Of a stretch of DNA of 64,000 nt, positions 60,220 through 64,000 are shown one piece after another (the first letter of the stretch is position 1; each line of letters starts with the position of its first letter). Made by a program: the position numbers and the translations under genes. Below the pieces are notes generated by a model. The model was not told the DNA's origin and made no database searches. It saw only the letters and a program-made list of their open reading frames with translations. Origin of the DNA: Callorhinchus milii (taxonomy: Eukaryota); assembly GCF_018977255.1 (NCBI RefSeq), contig NW_024704742.1, forward strand, positions 55,988,001 through 56,052,000, given 5' to 3'.

Positions 60220-63200
60220 GAAATATTGGCAATGGTTTTGCCATTGATCCAGTTTTGGGAACCATCACAGTTACAAAAGTTCTGGATCGTAGTATTCGGA
60301 GGCAGTATGAACTGATCGTCAAAGCAACTGATGGAGGGAAGATTCCAATGAGTGCTATTACTATAGTCCGCATTTATGTGACTATTTCAGATAATGCAGC
60401 ACCCAAGTTTCTGTTGAAAGAATACTCTACAGATATCAGTGAAGGGGCTAGAATTGGAAGCTTTGTTATTTTAGTAACAGCATCCAGCCAATCATCTATT
60501 GTTTATGAAATAAAAGATGGAAACACAGATGGTGCTTTTGACATCAACCCTAACTCAGGTGTTATAGTCACTCAAAAAGCACTTGACATTGAACAATTGG
60601 CTTCATACACACTTACAATTCAAGCTACAAACATGGCTGGCTTATCTGCCAATATGATTGTTTTGATACACCTTCGAGATGAGAATGACAATATGCCAGT
60701 TTTCACTCAGTCTGAGTACACAGGAATCATCAGTGAATCAGCCCATATCAACAGCATGGTTTTGAATGACAGAAACACTCCACTGGTAATTCAAGCCATA
60801 GATGCCGATGAAGGATCCAATGCTCTTCTAGTTTATCAAATTGTTGAACCATCTGCCCAGAAATATTTTGCCATTGACTCCAGCACAGGTGCTATTCGTG
60901 CTGTGACACAACTGGACTATGAACAGAGCAGTATTTTTCATTTCACTGTGCAAGCATATGACCGTGGAAGCCCACAGTTATTTGCGGAACATGCTGCAAA
61001 TGTTACCATCCACGTGATTGACGCAAATGATTGCCCTCCAGTGTTTGTTCAAGATTTATATGAAGTATCTCTGCTTATACCAACATATAAAGGAGTTAAA
61101 GTGGTTGTCTTAAATGCCACAGATGCAGATTCCAGTTCAAACTCTGAACTTATTTACTCTATTATTGATGGTAACATAGGGGAGAAGTTCATGCTGGATG
61201 CTCAGACAGCACTTGTCTCAGTAAAAAACACTACCCAACTGAGAAGCAGGTATGAGCTTTTAGTTAGAGTTAGTGATGGCCAATTTACAAGCAAAGCTTC
61301 AGTAAGAATAAATATTAAAGAAAGCAAAGAAAGCCATCTGAAGTTCACACAGAGCTCATACTCTGCTGTGGTAAAAGAGAGCTCCACAGATATAAAAACA
61401 ATAGCCATCATTACTGCAGTAGGAAATGAAATGAATGAGCCCTTATTTTACAACATTCTTAATCCTGATACGAAGTTTAAAATTAGTCGAACTTCGGGTG
61501 TTCTTGCCACGACGGGCATTCCATTTGATCGTGAAGAGCAGGAAGCATATGATGTGGTAGTTGAAGTCAGTGAAGAAAAAAATCCGTCAAGAGTTGCTCA
61601 CGTTGTGGTGAAGGTTACAGTCGAGGATGACAATGACAACGCTCCAATTTTTGTCAACCTGCCTTATTACGCTGTAGTCCAGGTTGATGCTGAAAAAGGC
61701 CATGTTATTCGAAAAGTCACTGCCATAGACAAGGATATTGGTAATAATGGCGAAGTCCACTACTACCTCAAAGAGCACCACGAACATTTTCAGATCGGAC
61801 CATCAGGAGATATATCCCTAAAGAAGAATTTAGATGCAGATCTGTCAAATGTGGAGCACATGATTACCGTTGTCGCTAAAGATGGAGGGAAGGTGCCACT
61901 TTCAGCAGAAGTTGAAGTACCAATTACTGTTATAAACAAAGCCATGCCTATTTTTGAAAAGCCATTTTATAGTATTGAGATACCTGAAAACATTCAGTTG
62001 CACACCCCTGTTGTGCATGTACAAGCCAATAGCCCAGAAGGTCTTCGTGTAATTTATAGCATCATGGATGGAGATCCTTTCAGTCAGTTCACAATCAACT
62101 TCAACACTGGTGTCATAAATGTTATTAGCTCGCTAGATTTTGAAATGCATCCTGCTTACAAATTGACTGTAAGAGCAACAGATTCTTTGACTGGGTCTCA
62201 TTCCGAGGTATTTGTTGATATTGTGGTAGAAGACGTGAATGATAATGCTCCAGTATTTGTAGAAAAAACCTACACTTCAACTCTGTCAGAGGCATCTGTG
62301 GTTGGCACATCTGTTGTTCAAGTCACGGCTACTGATATAGATTCTGGAATGAATAGAGTCATTTACTACCAGTTGGTAGAGGATGATACCAAAAATTCAG
62401 ATTACTTTCATATTGACGGCAGCAGCGGCCTGATTTTGACAGCAAGAGTACTTGACTATGAACAAATTGAACGGTACAACCTCCTTGTTAGAGCACTGGA
62501 TAGTGGAAAACCTGCTCTTAGCAGTGACATTGTTGTAATTGTGCACATCACCGATTTGAATGACAACCCACCACTATTCAGCCAGCTCCTGTACATGGCC
62601 TCAGTTAGTGAGCTTGCAGCTCGCGGACACTTTGTAACACATGTCCAGGCTTCTGATGCAGACGCTTCTGATGCGGAAAAGCTTCGATATTCAATTGTGT
62701 CGGGCAATGATCATATGAATTTTGCAATTGATAGTAAGTCAGGCATTGTTACCTGGACAAACTTGCATAGGCAGAGTCTGGAACCATCTTACAGCCTCAA
62801 TGTATCTGTGTCAGACAGTGTATTTAGGAGTTCAGCTGAGGTTCGGATAACAATTATTAGTGCTAACTTTCATAAACCTGTTTTTCCTCAAAGTGAGTAT
62901 GAAGTAGAGTTAGCAGAAAATTCTAATTTGAGAACACTGGTGATCAAAGTAAAGGCAACAGATGAAGACTCTGGGACGTATGGGAACATTGCATATTCCA
63001 TTGTTAATGACTTTGCCAAAGCCAAATTTTTTGTTGATCAAAAAGGACAGATTTTTACTACAGAGAAATTGGATCGTGAAAACCCAGTTGAGAAGCTTAT
63101 CACTATCACTGTTATGGCAAAAGATGGTGGTGGCAAGGTGGCTTTCTGCAATATCAATGTGATCCTCACTGATGAAAACGATAACATACCTCAGTTCCGA

Positions 63201-64000
63201 GCTGTAGAGTATAAGGTAAACATCGGATCATATGCTTCAAAGGGATCTTCAGTCATTCAGATTGTGGCGTCTGATGCTGATGAAGGTAGCAATGCAGACA
63301 TTGTCTATTTTATTGAGGCAGATTCTGACAATGTTGAAGAAAATCTGGAAATTGATTCATTTTCTGGGGTCATTAACACCAAAGAAAGTCTCGTTGGTCT
63401 GGAAAACAATTTTTACAGTTTCTTTGTCCGAGCTAAAGATGGCGGAGTCCCACAGCAGGAGTCTGTTGTCCCCGTCTACGTTAGAATACTCCCACCTGAA
63501 GTCCCAGTTCCAAAATTCTCAGAGTCCCTTTTTACATACACAATCTCTGAAGATATTCGTATTGGAACTGAGATTGATCTGATTAGACAAGAAAGTGAAC
63601 AACAAGTGACCTACAGTCTTGTGAAAGGAAACACTCTGGAAAGTAACAAGGATGAAATCTTTACCATAGAGAAGGACACTGGGAAATTAAAAACTGAGAA
63701 GAACCTTGATCATGAAACAACTAAATGGTACCAAATCATGGTCATGGCTCAGTATCCTGTTGAAGATTATGAGGTGGTTACTTCAGTGGATGTAAGTATC
63801 CAAGTGAAAGATGTAAATGACAACAAACCCATCTTTGACTCTGAACCATATAAAGCCTTTATTGTAGAAAATCTACCTGAAGGAACAACAGTGATCCAGG
63901 TGAAAGCGACAGATCTGGATTCTGGAACCAATGGTCTGGTGACTTACAGCTTGGCTCAATCTCAGGAGCTTGATCATATCCTGGAGCTCTTCACCATTAA
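60220..64000 (+). CDS. FAT1: FAT1 giant coding exon (putative exon 10), 3'-partial, about 1260 codons of tandem cadherin repeats
   Basis: Polypyrimidine tract then ggcag|GA. Starts (G)NIGNGFAIDPVLGTITVTKVLDRS and ends ...SQELDHILELFTI in the same frame at the window edge, with repeated LDxE/DxND motifs. No ORF in this frame is listed, consistent with no stop codon inside the window. Confidence 0.95.

Larger units (their letters stand above)
1..64000 (+). other. FAT1: FAT1 gene body (partial: from the intron before putative exon 3 into putative exon 10)
   Basis: Eight in-phase exons encode consecutive cadherin repeats (LDRE, DxNDN motifs). The [16 protein letters not shown] insert and exon sizes match FAT1 as I recall it. 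Introns are 24183, 8991, 540, 6376, 6240, 2996 and 5883 bp, all GT-AG. Confidence 0.93.

Noticed and set aside
60285..60305. RSIRR as a lineage-specific furin site in exon 10
   Set aside because: Minimal RxxR motifs are common, and this one lies within a folded cadherin repeat; no support.
61202..63582. Alternative-frame and antisense ORFs within exon 10 (e.g. 63232..63582, 62456..62707)
   Set aside because: Short shadow ORFs of the cadherin frame with no recognisable domains.
1..64000. Prokaryotic-type systems (CRISPR arrays, operons, defence islands) or a nested independent protein-coding gene
   Set aside because: The sequence is a spliced vertebrate gene. There is no regular repeat-spacer array, and all non-FAT1 ORFs with recognisable motifs are transposon-derived.

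Overview
Eukaryotic (vertebrate) genomic DNA lying entirely inside a FAT atypical cadherin 1 (FAT1) gene on the + strand. Eight coding exons can be traced with canonical AG/GT boundaries and consistent phases: 315, 62, 330, 211, 140, 276 and 211 bp, plus a >3.7 kb exon that runs off the right edge and is absent from the ORF track. By recall they match exons 3-10 of human FAT1. The repeat landscape suggests a cartilaginous fish (inference). The AT-rich introns are a layered transposon record: L2 and CR1 LINE fragments, old Deu-domain SINEs, a young tRNA-Ala-derived SINE family sharing an L2 3' stem-loop, an internally deleted hAT transposon with TIRs and an 8-bp TSD, a CpG-rich antisense retrovirus-like LTR with PPT, several foldback/hairpin elements and unassigned dispersed repeats. 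I found no convincing novel gene system. The best leads are the LTR remnant, the SINE/L2 partnership with a compensatory stem-loop, and the nested hAT element. Repeat boundaries were read by eye and are approximate unless motifs are quoted.
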